64,000 bases of DNA from a virus. The stretch spans positions 32,001-96,000 of the IMG/VR virus record IMGVR_UViG_3300023179_000035; one strand, given 5' to 3'. Within the stretch, counting starts at the first letter, position 1; each line of letters begins with the position of its first letter. Positions 1-8,600 of the stretch are shown here, one piece after another. The notes under the pieces were generated by a model. It was not told where the DNA came from and made no database searches. It saw only the letters and a list, made by a program, of their open reading frames with translations. The position numbers and the translations under genes were made by a program.

Positions 1-375
1 TTTTACCGCACAGGTGACGCGACCAAGACTCCCGTCGATCCGTACACACTTACGCCAGGAACGAGCGTCACTCTCGTGGGAGCTAGCAACAGACACCCAG
101 AGAGGGAGATCGTGACAATAATTCCAAGGCCATGGCCGCCAGGCCCCAACGCATTCGTCTACCTGGCTGGAGACGTTACGAAGACGCCCGTCGACCTATC
201 AGCCCAAGCAGTTGGTACCGACTTGATCCTTGTCAGTGGCGGGAAAGAGACACCTGTTACGGCAGGAAATTTCACTCTGAAACCTGCTCAGAACGTGGAC
301 CTCTACGTGAAGGTCTTGAAGGCAATGATGAACAGCAACAGTAACGGCAAGCCCAGCGATCCCAACTCGTTCTAA
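1..375 (+). CDS. Hypothetical protein, 5'-truncated by the window edge
   Basis: Frame 1 is open from base 1 (FYRTGDATKTPVDP...) to TAA at 375. It contains an internal repeat, GDATKTPVD / GDVTKTPVD. Confidence 0.6.
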   Translation, partial: FYRTGDATKTPVDPYTLTPGTSVTLVGASNRHPEREIVTIIPRPWPPGPNAFVYLAGDVTKTPVDLSAQAVGTDLILVSGGKETPVTAGNFTLKPAQNVDLYVKVLKAMMNSNSNGKPSDPNSF

Positions 376-394
376 AAGTCTCTCGCAGTAATAG

Positions 395-430
395 CAGCGG
401 GTTGCGTTTTAAAACGCAACCCGCTGTTTC
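395..430 (+). terminator. Perfect 32-bp palindrome, probable intrinsic terminator
   Basis: cagcgggttgcgtttt|aaaacgcaacccgctg (395-426) followed by ttt, just after the stop at 375. Confidence 0.6.
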
Positions 431-447
431 ATTGTATAGTTACTTCT

Positions 448-747
448 ATGAACCCCAGCGCCATCCTGAAAAAATCTTTCCTGTTGCTGCTGTTAGTTTC
501 ATCATGCGATAAGCCAAAATTTCCCAAGCATCACCAGACCTCGCTGGACGTTGATGTTCTGTACTGCGATGCGGCTGGATCGAAACTTCGATCTTTAAGT
601 TGCGATGAAGGTAACCCAACGAAGAAAGGAACCTCTTTCGAGGACCTGTGCCGCGATCTAGAAAGCAAGAGCATTTACGTTGGAGCGCAGTGCATCTCAA
701 AGATCAGCTCGTGCGATCAGGTCGACGACTGCACAGGGAGCCGATGA
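448..747 (+). CDS. Small Cys-rich lipoprotein
   Basis: KK plus a hydrophobic LLLLLLV stretch and a lipobox-like VSSC; several further Cys. ATAGTTA motif at 436-442. Confidence 0.6.
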   Translation: MNPSAILKKSFLLLLLVSSCDKPKFPKHHQTSLDVDVLYCDAAGSKLRSLSCDEGNPTKKGTSFEDLCRDLESKSIYVGAQCISKISSCDQVDDCTGSR

Positions 748-1535
748 TGGAGGCGTTTAGAGTCGGCGGGTACATACCCGACCCAAAGAGTGACAAGGAC
801 TACAAGTTTGCTTCCTTCGCTCCGGTCCTGACCCGTCCCGCGCAGCCGGGGGTTAGGAACATCATCAAAGAGCTGACGCCCGTCTCTAACCAGGGTCAGC
901 TGTCTTCCTGCGTCGCCAACTCCACCGTCGACGCCCTTGAGATCCTCCTAGGGCTCGAGGACCCAAGCTCTGTCCAACAGCTGTCGCGCCTCTTCGTCTA
1001 CTACAACGCTCGCAACTACGACGACGCCACCCGCGCCGACGCTGGTACTTTCATCCGCAACGCTTTTAGCTCCCTCAGGGACTTTGGGGTGTGCCGCGAG
1101 GACGACTGGCCTTACAATCCAAGCAGCGTCTACCTCCAGCCTTCCATCAACTGCTACAAGGAAGCCAGCGACAACCGTCTCGCAGCCTTCTACAGGATAG
1201 ACTCGTCAGGCGACCAGCTCCTCGACGACGTTGTCAACGCCCTCGACGCCAATCATCCTGTGGTCTTCGGGACGGGTGTGTCTAAGGAGTTCACGCAGAC
1301 CTTCAACGCAGGACCCGACGTGGCCTTCACAGCTCCCGCTTCGACCGTCGGTAACCACGCCATGATTATCGTGGGCTACGACACGGTCCCATACCTACGA
1401 TTTTACGTCCGCAACTCGTGGGGACCAGATTGGGGCGACGGCACAGGGCACTGCTGGTTCAGCCCTGATTACGTCAAATCAACGATGACGTCAGACCTGT
1501 GGGTCCCCACCCTGGTTCCTCCAATTCTTACTTGA
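744..1535 (+). CDS. Papain-family (C1) cysteine peptidase
   Basis: Catalytic motifs QGQLSSCVAN (Gln/Cys), GNHAMIIVGY (His) and VRNSWG (Asn). ATG 744 overlaps the upstream TGA. Confidence 0.9.
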   Translation: MMEAFRVGGYIPDPKSDKDYKFASFAPVLTRPAQPGVRNIIKELTPVSNQGQLSSCVANSTVDALEILLGLEDPSSVQQLSRLFVYYNARNYDDATRADAGTFIRNAFSSLRDFGVCREDDWPYNPSSVYLQPSINCYKEASDNRLAAFYRIDSSGDQLLDDVVNALDANHPVVFGTGVSKEFTQTFNAGPDVAFTAPASTVGNHAMIIVGYDTVPYLRFYVRNSWGPDWGDGTGHCWFSPDYVKSTMTSDLWVPTLVPPILT

Positions 1536-1555
1536 AATAACGAATACATAGTAGC

Positions 1556-3079
1556 ATGTCAGTCAGCGTCGCCTACGACACAGCTCAGGGGCTGGTGCAG
1601 GTTTCTTCTCTTGGGTCCGCGTCAGTCAGCTTCTCTGGTGCGCAGCTGTCAGCAGATGTCAGGGGCTCTGTCTCAGTCGCTGTCGACTCTGTGGCTGACG
1701 TGTCTGCCTACGATGCGACAAACTTATCTGACGGCGCTGTCTTGTACAGCAAAGACGTCAAGGACTACTGGACACTGTCGCGCTCCTCAACTCTAAACTC
1801 AGACGGCATAACAGTCGTCCTGCCGTCTGACGGCCTAGGCAGGTGGGTCAGGTCATGCATGGGCAACTCAGAATGGGCTCAGCAAAATTTTTGGCACGTT
1901 GACTCAGTCAACGGGTCTGACACTAACGATGGTTTCACATCGGGCTCTGCGCTGAAGACTGGCACGGAGCTGGCTCGGCGACTCAACGGTCAAATTGTAA
2001 GGTTAGACTCAAGCCGTGGCCTCCTCTCCTCTAGCCTTTTTATCCACAATGACATTTTGATGCCCGACGCCCTCTTCCTCGACTTTACGCTAGGGGTCAC
2101 TGGGTCAGCCTCCTCCGCGGAAGACAAGCGAGGTTTTGTGATCCAAGGAGTCCCAAAGACCGTCGCCTCTGGCACGCTGACATCGACTACTGCGATTGAC
2201 AGGGCTACCAACACCCCGGCCTCCATCAATGCAGGCGGCATGGATCTGTCCCCATACATCAAGGGAAATTATAGGCTCAAGTTCTTGAGCGACAATGCCG
2301 TGTGCTACGTCGTCAAGTCCTTGGGCGGAGGATCTTATAGGATCAGCCCCCCTTTGGCGGGCTGGCCTGGCCCAGCCAAGACGCCCAGGACAGCAGGAGA
2401 ACAATTCATAGTAGAATCTTTGCCTGTCGTCGAGAGGACAGCGGGCAGCGTAAGCAATGCTTTTATCTACGCAAGGGACCTTTGTTTTAACCTGTATGAG
2501 CTGTTGATCGCTACCCCAGGAGAAGGCGCTTACGCATCGTACCCATACTGTATCTTCAGCGGGTCGTCGGTCCAAAATATCAATCGAGCGCGGAACGTCT
2601 ACACAAATCCGTGCTTTATAAACGGATTTTCTTCTGCGGCATCGACAGTCAACGTCCAGGGAGGCGCCTCCTTCGGTCCTGTTTCTCTCAGTGAAATGAC
2701 AAGCGCGACTGTCTTTGATGACTTTATCGTGCAGGGAAGCTCTGTGCTGCTAGACACTAATTCCTACGCTGAATTAACATGTGCAGCCGTGTTCGACACG
2801 CCAGGCAACGCAATTACGATTAGAAAAAATTCTTCTGCCCGGCTTCGGGAGACGCCAACGTACGGCGTCTACGGCTCAGGGTCGACCGGCTACGGAATTT
2901 TCTTGGGCAAGGGCACCCAGATCTACCAGTACTCTAACAACTCTTTCAGCACAGTCAAGATAACTGGGTCTCTTGGAGACGTCAACGTTGGCGGCACCGT
3001 CAAGTCTTGGTCAGACTTAGGAACGGCAGGCTACGTCAACACGGGATCTCTCGCTGCGGTGCTGTACGACTATCCATGA
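1556..3079 (+). CDS. Putative virion-associated, beta-rich structural protein
   Basis: 507 aa, Ser/Gly-rich. HVDSVNGSDTNDG...ALKT motif of the kind that precedes beta-helical fibre/spike domains. ATACATA motif upstream. Confidence 0.55.
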   Translation: MSVSVAYDTAQGLVQVSSLGSASVSFSGAQLSADVRGSVSVAVDSVADVSAYDATNLSDGAVLYSKDVKDYWTLSRSSTLNSDGITVVLPSDGLGRWVRSCMGNSEWAQQNFWHVDSVNGSDTNDGFTSGSALKTGTELARRLNGQIVRLDSSRGLLSSSLFIHNDILMPDALFLDFTLGVTGSASSAEDKRGFVIQGVPKTVASGTLTSTTAIDRATNTPASINAGGMDLSPYIKGNYRLKFLSDNAVCYVVKSLGGGSYRISPPLAGWPGPAKTPRTAGEQFIVESLPVVERTAGSVSNAFIYARDLCFNLYELLIATPGEGAYASYPYCIFSGSSVQNINRARNVYTNPCFINGFSSAASTVNVQGGASFGPVSLSEMTSATVFDDFIVQGSSVLLDTNSYAELTCAAVFDTPGNAITIRKNSSARLRETPTYGVYGSGSTGYGIFLGKGTQIYQYSNNSFSTVKITGSLGDVNVGGTVKSWSDLGTAGYVNTGSLAAVLYDYP

Positions 3080-3429
3080 GCCGCTGGTCGACAGGAAAGT
3101 ACAGGTCTCGAAAGTCCGGGACCGTCTACGACTACAAGTCCTCGTGGGAGGCGATCTACATGGACATGCTGGACTCGGACCCGGCAGTCGATTCCTGGGA
3201 GTACGAGTCTGTCTGGGTCATGTACCACAACGGCCAGAAGGTCAAGAAGTATCTGCCTGACTTCCTCGTCGCCCTCCGCGGCGGCGGTAGGGTCCTAGTT
3301 GAAGTCAAGCCGGAGAAGCTCCGCGACAACCCGACCAACGCCGCCAAGCGCCTCGCGGTGCAGCAGAAGTGCCGGGAGGAAGGCTGGGTGTACTACGAGT
3401 GGGCCCAGGGGCAACCTGGCCTGCCTTGA
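3076..3429 (+). CDS. TnsA-N-like PD-(D/E)xK nuclease (T4 gp4 head-completion-like)
   Basis: YKSSWE, WEYE, YLPDFLV and LVEVKP motifs. ATG 3076 overlaps the upstream stop. Confidence 0.75.
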   Translation: MSRWSTGKYRSRKSGTVYDYKSSWEAIYMDMLDSDPAVDSWEYESVWVMYHNGQKVKKYLPDFLVALRGGGRVLVEVKPEKLRDNPTNAAKRLAVQQKCREEGWVYYEWAQGQPGLP

Positions 3430-3472
3430 ACAACAGACAGGTTTGGCCGTATACTTACACTGTCTTTGACAA

Positions 3473-3840
3473 GGGGGCGAAATAGTTTCGACACGGCGGC
3501 GAACGCCGAGCCTGCAGGCGGGGGTGCACGAGGGTCCCCCTTCAAAACCCAAGTGACGTACAGATGCCAACGACAACGGCACCGCTGTTCTCGCCCTCGC
3601 GGCCTGAACAATGGGGTCCTAACACCTAGAAACAGAACGTTAGGAAAACGTCAGGGGACCAGACGTTAACTGGAACGCGTCAAAGTGCTGGACGTAAAAC
3701 GAAGTGCCGTCCGTGGTAGTCTAGGACGCTAAAGTTCGACTGTCTAATCCCGCCTGAGGATGAACAAATAGAAGGCCAAGCCTGTGAAAGATGGCTCGGA
3801 TTTTAAGTCGTGGACCCCGGGGCAGCGCCGGGCGCCTCCA
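3473..3840 (+). ncRNA. ssrA: tmRNA (one-piece), tag ANDNGTAVLALAA
   Basis: 5' GGGGGCGAAATAGTTTCGAC pairs with 3' CGCCTCC-A, giving the G3.U Ala identity pair. T-arm cccgg-GGCAGCG-ccggg (3816-3832). Tag ORF 3566-3607 ends LAA-TGA. CCA is not encoded. Confidence 0.93.
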
Positions 3841-3877
3841 CTATAACAAACAACTGCAGACAGCAATACATAACTTC

Positions 3878-4216
3878 ATGAAGATAACGACGACGCAGCT
3901 CAGGAAGATTATTAGGGAAGAAGCGCAGCTCCTCATGGAGGATCCGGAGGATCCTGCAACAATGAAGGCTGAGCCAGGGGCTCAAAGAGCTTCTAATGTG
4001 TTAACAACAATTGAAGGTTCAAGCAATCTAATGCATAAGATGCAGTCCCTTGCAATGGCAAATAAGAAGGATGAGATTACCGCATTATTCCAGGGGCTGC
4101 TGGACGTGATGCACGATGCGAATCCCAGGCTGTCAACGTCCAACATCGTCTCGGCTTTGAGGACAGTCACAGCCACAGAGAAGGATCCTGAAAAGCCCAA
4201 GACGTCCACGGCGTGA
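3878..4216 (+). CDS. Hypothetical protein with N-terminal MKITxxQLRKIIREE motif (candidate internal head protein)
   Basis: ATG 3878 lies 6 nt after ATACATA. The longer ORF start at 3791 falls inside the tmRNA. Confidence 0.7.
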   Translation: MKITTTQLRKIIREEAQLLMEDPEDPATMKAEPGAQRASNVLTTIEGSSNLMHKMQSLAMANKKDEITALFQGLLDVMHDANPRLSTSNIVSALRTVTATEKDPEKPKTSTA

Positions 4217-4273
4217 GAATATCGACGTATTCGCCCCTGTACACTTAGATTTCCTTTGCTACATTGACGTAGA

Positions 4274-4495
4274 GTGATACACCTAAGTCTGACGCCAACT
4301 GAAGCTATCGAGCTGCTTAATGTCCTTATCGCTGCAGGCGACAAGAGGCTGGCAGCTCGCCTGTCCACTGAGCTGGTTAATGTCCTAGAGTCACTCGATA
4401 AGTTAGGCAGGGACCGCCACGCGGCGATGGCGTCAGCATGGATTAAGTCACAGCACCAGAAGATGAACAAGGTGGAGGAAGAAGATGTCGGCTAA
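4274..4495 (+). CDS. Hypothetical protein
   Basis: 73-aa ORF tiling with its neighbours. Confidence 0.5.
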   Translation: MIHLSLTPTEAIELLNVLIAAGDKRLAARLSTELVNVLESLDKLGRDRHAAMASAWIKSQHQKMNKVEEEDVG

Positions 4496-4661
4496 GACAG
4501 AGCAGCTACTAGAGCAGATCAATAAACTAAAGGAGTATGTTCCGGTCCTGGAGGGGCAGGGGCAGGACCCACTGTCAGTACAGAAAGAGATCTCCCGCCT
4601 GGAGCGAGAGCTCTTTCAGGCCAACCAGGTGCTGACTGAGTCCAAGGTAATGAAGGGTTGA
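4485..4661 (+). CDS. Small coiled-coil hypothetical protein (58 aa, not in the ORF track)
   Basis: MSAKTEQLLEQINKLKEY...KVMKG*. GGAGGA-like RBS upstream; fills the gap between the 4274 and 4664 ORFs. Confidence 0.65.
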   Translation: MSAKTEQLLEQINKLKEYVPVLEGQGQDPLSVQKEISRLERELFQANQVLTESKVMKG

Positions 4662-4663
4662 CC

Positions 4664-4885
4664 ATGGGCAACGTCGCCAATGTATACGCCACTGTTGTGG
4701 CCGACAAGCAGGGACCACCACCCCTAGTCATCAATGTCCTCACCACACCGCGGACCATGGAGTTCGTGGGAGGGGTCCCATCCTCGGCCACCCGAGTCGA
4801 GTCGTATGTTCTCTTCTCTGCCCTGCCTGAGGAGCTGCAGGCTCGTGTCAGGGTCTCAATAGAGGCCCTGCAGGCGGGAATCTGA
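4664..4885 (+). CDS. Hypothetical protein
   Basis: ATG 3 nt after the previous stop; phage-typical codon use. Confidence 0.6.
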   Translation: MGNVANVYATVVADKQGPPPLVINVLTTPRTMEFVGGVPSSATRVESYVLFSALPEELQARVRVSIEALQAGI

Positions 4886-4901
4886 CCCTATACTTATAGG
4901 G

Positions 4902-5201
4902 ATGAGCCCACGCCAACTAGAGGCTTCTCCCTACACAGGTCCGCTGCTGCCGTCATCTCTCAAGTCAATGTCAGACGAAGAGTCTGGCTTGGCCGACGCT
5001 GATGATGGCGACGTCATTCGTGAGTACCTACAGTCCCTAGTGCCGCAGCTCGTCCTCAACGAGATAGTAAGAAAGTGCGGCGGCAAGTGGTGCCTGTACA
5101 CGAAACATAAGAAGAATGGCAAGAGGAGGAGGCTTGGGACCCATCCTACCAAAGCAGCTGCCTACAGGCAGGAGAGAGCCATAAAAGCTCGAGGTGGTTG
5201 A
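4902..5201 (+). CDS. Hypothetical protein with basic C-terminal domain (KWCLY...RLGTHPTKAAAYRQERAI)
   Basis: ATACTTA motif 6 nt upstream; acidic N-terminus and basic C-terminus. Confidence 0.65.
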   Translation: MSPRQLEASPYTGPLLPSSLKSMSDEESGLADADDGDVIREYLQSLVPQLVLNEIVRKCGGKWCLYTKHKKNGKRRRLGTHPTKAAAYRQERAIKARGG

Positions 5202-5462
5202 GTCGATTAAGCCAGGCGCCTCGGTCGCCGGCGTCGATGTTAAATTTGGTGGCCTATTTGACATGGTCTGGCGAAGCCTGTCGATGAGTTACGACAGGCC
5301 ACAGCCGAAGGCGGCTTGACAGCAAAGATGCAGCTGAAAGCTATCAGACGCGATACTTACCAAGTAAGTGGCTCGAAAGAAGCGGGAAGAAACTTTCTCA
5401 CAGCATCGAAGGAAGTGAAAGTTACAACTGGATTGATCAACTCAAGGCCCTGGGAAACATGA

Positions 5463-6629
5463 ATGCCGACGTTTAATGTGACGATAAACCCCACTCCGTT
5501 TGGCTTTTTTGACGCCGAGGTTGATTTTCAGGCCGACGCCGATTCGATAGTCACCTTCGTGAAGCGCAAACTGGGGGACGACGTGCTGTCTGTGGAGTTG
5601 ACCTCTCGACAGATATGGGCGTGTTTTGAGGAGTCTGCCCTGGAGTACGCCAACCAGGTGCACCAGGTCAAGATAACGTCTGAGCTCGCCAACGTCCTCG
5701 GCATCGCTACCGGGTCTAACCTCACCAACAAGTACCCGCGCCAGACTCTAGAGTTCCTAATGCGACAGGCCGAGCCGTACGCCACCTACGCTGGTGTCAT
5801 GGGCTCTCAGGACCCTATACTCGGCTACATAGAGCTGACGCCAGGCGTCCAGGACTACGACATATACGACAGTCTCAAGGACCTGAGCGGCAGCCTCGTC
5901 TACGGTCCCACCGGTGTCGGCAACCAGAAGCTCAGGATACTTGAGGTGTTCCACTTTGAGCCCCTGGCCGCCCAGCAGGTCCTCCTCAACGCCTCCAACA
6001 TCACCAACTTCCTAGCCACTAACTTCAACTACGAGTCGTACGTCAACTCCACCATCTTCTACGTCCTGCCTGTCTTTGAGGACGTCCTACGACGTGGCAT
6101 GCTGGAGGAGGCCTTCAGGGTGCGCCGCTCCCACTACTCCTACGAGATAGTCGGAAAGAAGCTGAGGATTTACCCTGTCCCTGTGACGGACCAGCAGCTA
6201 GGCAGGTTGTTCTTGAGTGTGGCCCCTCCGATGAACCCCATAGACCCATCTTTCCAAGACGAGTCTATCAACGGCGTGTCGGGGCCCAACAACTTCCCGC
6301 TAGGCAATATTCCCTACAATACTATCACCCAGCCCGGTAGGCAGTGGATACGGCAGTACACGCTGGCCCTCTCTAAGGAGCTACTCGGCCTCGTCAGGTC
6401 GAAGTTTGACTCCATACCCATCCCCAACGCAGACCTGAAGCTTAATGGATCTGAACTCATAACGCAGGGCAGGGAGGACAAGGAGAAGCTGGTGACGCAG
6501 CTCCGCGAGTTCTTGGGCAACCTGACTCATGCGAAGCTCTTAGAGCAGCAGGCGACGGCCGCCGACAACATGCTGAAGCAGCTACGAATGGTCCCAATAC
6601 CCGCCGGCAAGGCGATTACCATGGGCTAA
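5463..6629 (+). CDS. Neck / head-tail adaptor protein (T4 gp13-like)
   Basis: VKRKLG..VLSVELT, LRIYPVP and WIRQYTLALSKELLG..RSKF..IP...LNG motifs; first gene of the neck-sheath block. Confidence 0.75.
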   Translation: MPTFNVTINPTPFGFFDAEVDFQADADSIVTFVKRKLGDDVLSVELTSRQIWACFEESALEYANQVHQVKITSELANVLGIATGSNLTNKYPRQTLEFLMRQAEPYATYAGVMGSQDPILGYIELTPGVQDYDIYDSLKDLSGSLVYGPTGVGNQKLRILEVFHFEPLAAQQVLLNASNITNFLATNFNYESYVNSTIFYVLPVFEDVLRRGMLEEAFRVRRSHYSYEIVGKKLRIYPVPVTDQQLGRLFLSVAPPMNPIDPSFQDESINGVSGPNNFPLGNIPYNTITQPGRQWIRQYTLALSKELLGLVRSKFDSIPIPNADLKLNGSELITQGREDKEKLVTQLREFLGNLTHAKLLEQQATAADNMLKQLRMVPIPAGKAITMG

Positions 6630-6639
6630 GGGGACAGCT

Positions 6640-7305
6640 GTGAGCCGCCTGTTCATAACCGAGAGAGAGCTGAACCTCATCTCTGACATCACCAAAGAGG
6701 TCGTCAAGGACGTCGTCGGCCAGAAGATCTTCCTCTTCCCGATCTCTGAGCTGAAGACCCAGTCCCACGAGGTCTACAACGAGGCCATCAAGAAGGTCTA
6801 CGAGAACCCCATCGAGGTCGACGCCCTCGTCGGCCAGCCTGAGGCGACCGTCAAGGTCAACAACTTCGGCGTCGACAGGACGTTCAAGGTGGAGGTCTAC
6901 CTGCAGTGGCGCGACGTCGTCGACAAGGGGATAAGCGTCAACGTCGGCGACTACTTCTCGTACGGCGACAACTTCTACGAGATAGCCGAGTACGTCTACA
7001 CCCGCAACATCTACGGCCAGGTCGACCACAAGGATGGCATGAAGATCACAGGCACCAAGGTCCGCGAGGGCCAGTTCAGGGCGAAGATGTTCGGTCCGAC
7101 CGACATATCCAACTCTGAGGACGACGCGGTGCAGAAGACATTCGAGCAGCAGCGCGGCGCCGCCGAGAACTCTCAGGGGCCGACCAACGACAGACGCGAG
7201 CTGATCGAGAGGGGCGTCCTGGACAGGCCCCTGACAGGCCCGAAGAGCGTCAACGACAAGAGCGGGTCTCCCAGCGGCAACGCCTTCTACGGTGAGGACT
7301 CCTGA
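6640..7305 (+). CDS. Neck / head-closure protein (gp14-like)
   Basis: VYNEA..KVY..PIEV and VGDYF..GDNFYEI motifs; position after the gp13-like gene. Confidence 0.6.
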   Translation: MSRLFITERELNLISDITKEVVKDVVGQKIFLFPISELKTQSHEVYNEAIKKVYENPIEVDALVGQPEATVKVNNFGVDRTFKVEVYLQWRDVVDKGISVNVGDYFSYGDNFYEIAEYVYTRNIYGQVDHKDGMKITGTKVREGQFRAKMFGPTDISNSEDDAVQKTFEQQRGAAENSQGPTNDRRELIERGVLDRPLTGPKSVNDKSGSPSGNAFYGEDS

Positions 7306-8528
7306 TGCACAGGTTCTCCCTGCCCCGCCCATCAGGCAGCATCGGCTCCGGCTACGACAACCCGAACAGCACCGACTACACGGTGCCATCTTGCGGCGTC
7401 GAGGACGTCGACGCTGCCCTGTTCAACCTGTTCGACAAGCAGCTGCCTATGTTCGTGTCTGAGGACACGACACGACGCGTCGGCAACCAGTCGAGGGTGC
7501 CTGTCATATTCGCCGCGGGTGAGAAGTGGGCCCTGCTGAGGAAGGGCCGGGCCCTTCGTGACAACGCTGGTACCCTGATACTACCTCTCATAACCATCGC
7601 CAGGACAGGCATCGAGCAGACGAGTAACGATGTGACAGGCAGGGGAATCAACCAGCAGACAGGGCTGTTGACCTTTACACGCAGGCTCGCCCAAGAGGAC
7701 AGGGCGTACCAGAACCTGATCAACAAGCTCTACATAAAGAACCAGCCTAGCACGTTCCTGCCCCTGGCAGAGCCGAGCGAGGTGCCATACCAGGCCCGGA
7801 CGTCTAGGTCAGTCGGCGCTGCAAGAAGCCAGGTGGCTGTCAGTGACGGGTCGCTGCTGGCCCCCCAGCTTAATAGGAACATCTTTGAGACGATAGAGCT
7901 ACCGGCCCCCCAGTTCTTTACTGCCAAGTACGAGGTGACAATCTGGACGCAGTACACACAGCAGATGAACCAGCTGCTAGAGACCCTGATGAGCTCCTTC
8001 CTGCCACAGGGCCGCTGCTTCAGGCTAGACACCCAGAAGGGCTACTGGTTCGTGGCGTACGTAGAAGACTCCTACGCTCAGGACGCCAACTTTGACGACA
8101 TGTCCGGGCAGGAGAGGATCATTAAGAACAAGATCAGCATGCACGTCCCGGCCTACGTCCTGGCCTCTTCGGCCCCCGGTGTTCCCATCGCTGTGCGGCG
8201 TCGCCTGTCGTCCGTGGACGTTAGCTTCGAGACGACGATAGACGTCCCGCTGGGCTACCCGTGGGTCGGCGCCGACGACCCGACCCTGCCTCTCGTCAAG
8301 TCTGACAGCAACCTCAGGAGCGACGGCAGGGACACGGGAGTTGGGCCGCTCGACTCGTCGGCCGGAAGCGATCCAGCCCTGTCGTCGTACCCTCGTGGGG
8401 TGCCAGGCAGCTACGTCGTCTCTGGAAGCCTACTGAAGAGGGCCCCCATACGGGGCCCACACGGTGAGTCAACCGTCAGCGTGGCCGAGTTCTTCGCCCA
8501 GGTGCTGCAAGACCCGCTTGCCAAGTAA
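7305..8528 (+). CDS. Tail completion / terminator protein (gp15-like)
   Basis: VPVIFA.GEKW, LILPLITI.R and YEVTIWTQY..QMNQLLE motifs; directly upstream of the sheath genes. Confidence 0.65.
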   Translation: MHRFSLPRPSGSIGSGYDNPNSTDYTVPSCGVEDVDAALFNLFDKQLPMFVSEDTTRRVGNQSRVPVIFAAGEKWALLRKGRALRDNAGTLILPLITIARTGIEQTSNDVTGRGINQQTGLLTFTRRLAQEDRAYQNLINKLYIKNQPSTFLPLAEPSEVPYQARTSRSVGAARSQVAVSDGSLLAPQLNRNIFETIELPAPQFFTAKYEVTIWTQYTQQMNQLLETLMSSFLPQGRCFRLDTQKGYWFVAYVEDSYAQDANFDDMSGQERIIKNKISMHVPAYVLASSAPGVPIAVRRRLSSVDVSFETTIDVPLGYPWVGADDPTLPLVKSDSNLRSDGRDTGVGPLDSSAGSDPALSSYPRGVPGSYVVSGSLLKRAPIRGPHGESTVSVAEFFAQVLQDPLAK

Positions 8529-8600
8529 ACGCTGTCAAAAAAGATAAACGCCCCTGGCGTCTATAATTAGTCATGGCAGCCAACAACCGGAGACAACAAG

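Noticed and set aside
648-743. Longer start for the C1 peptidase
   Set aside because: It overlaps the lipoprotein gene; ATG 744 at an ATGA junction is more plausible.
3466-3877. ORF 3466-3669 and the 3791 start
   Set aside because: They lie within the tmRNA.
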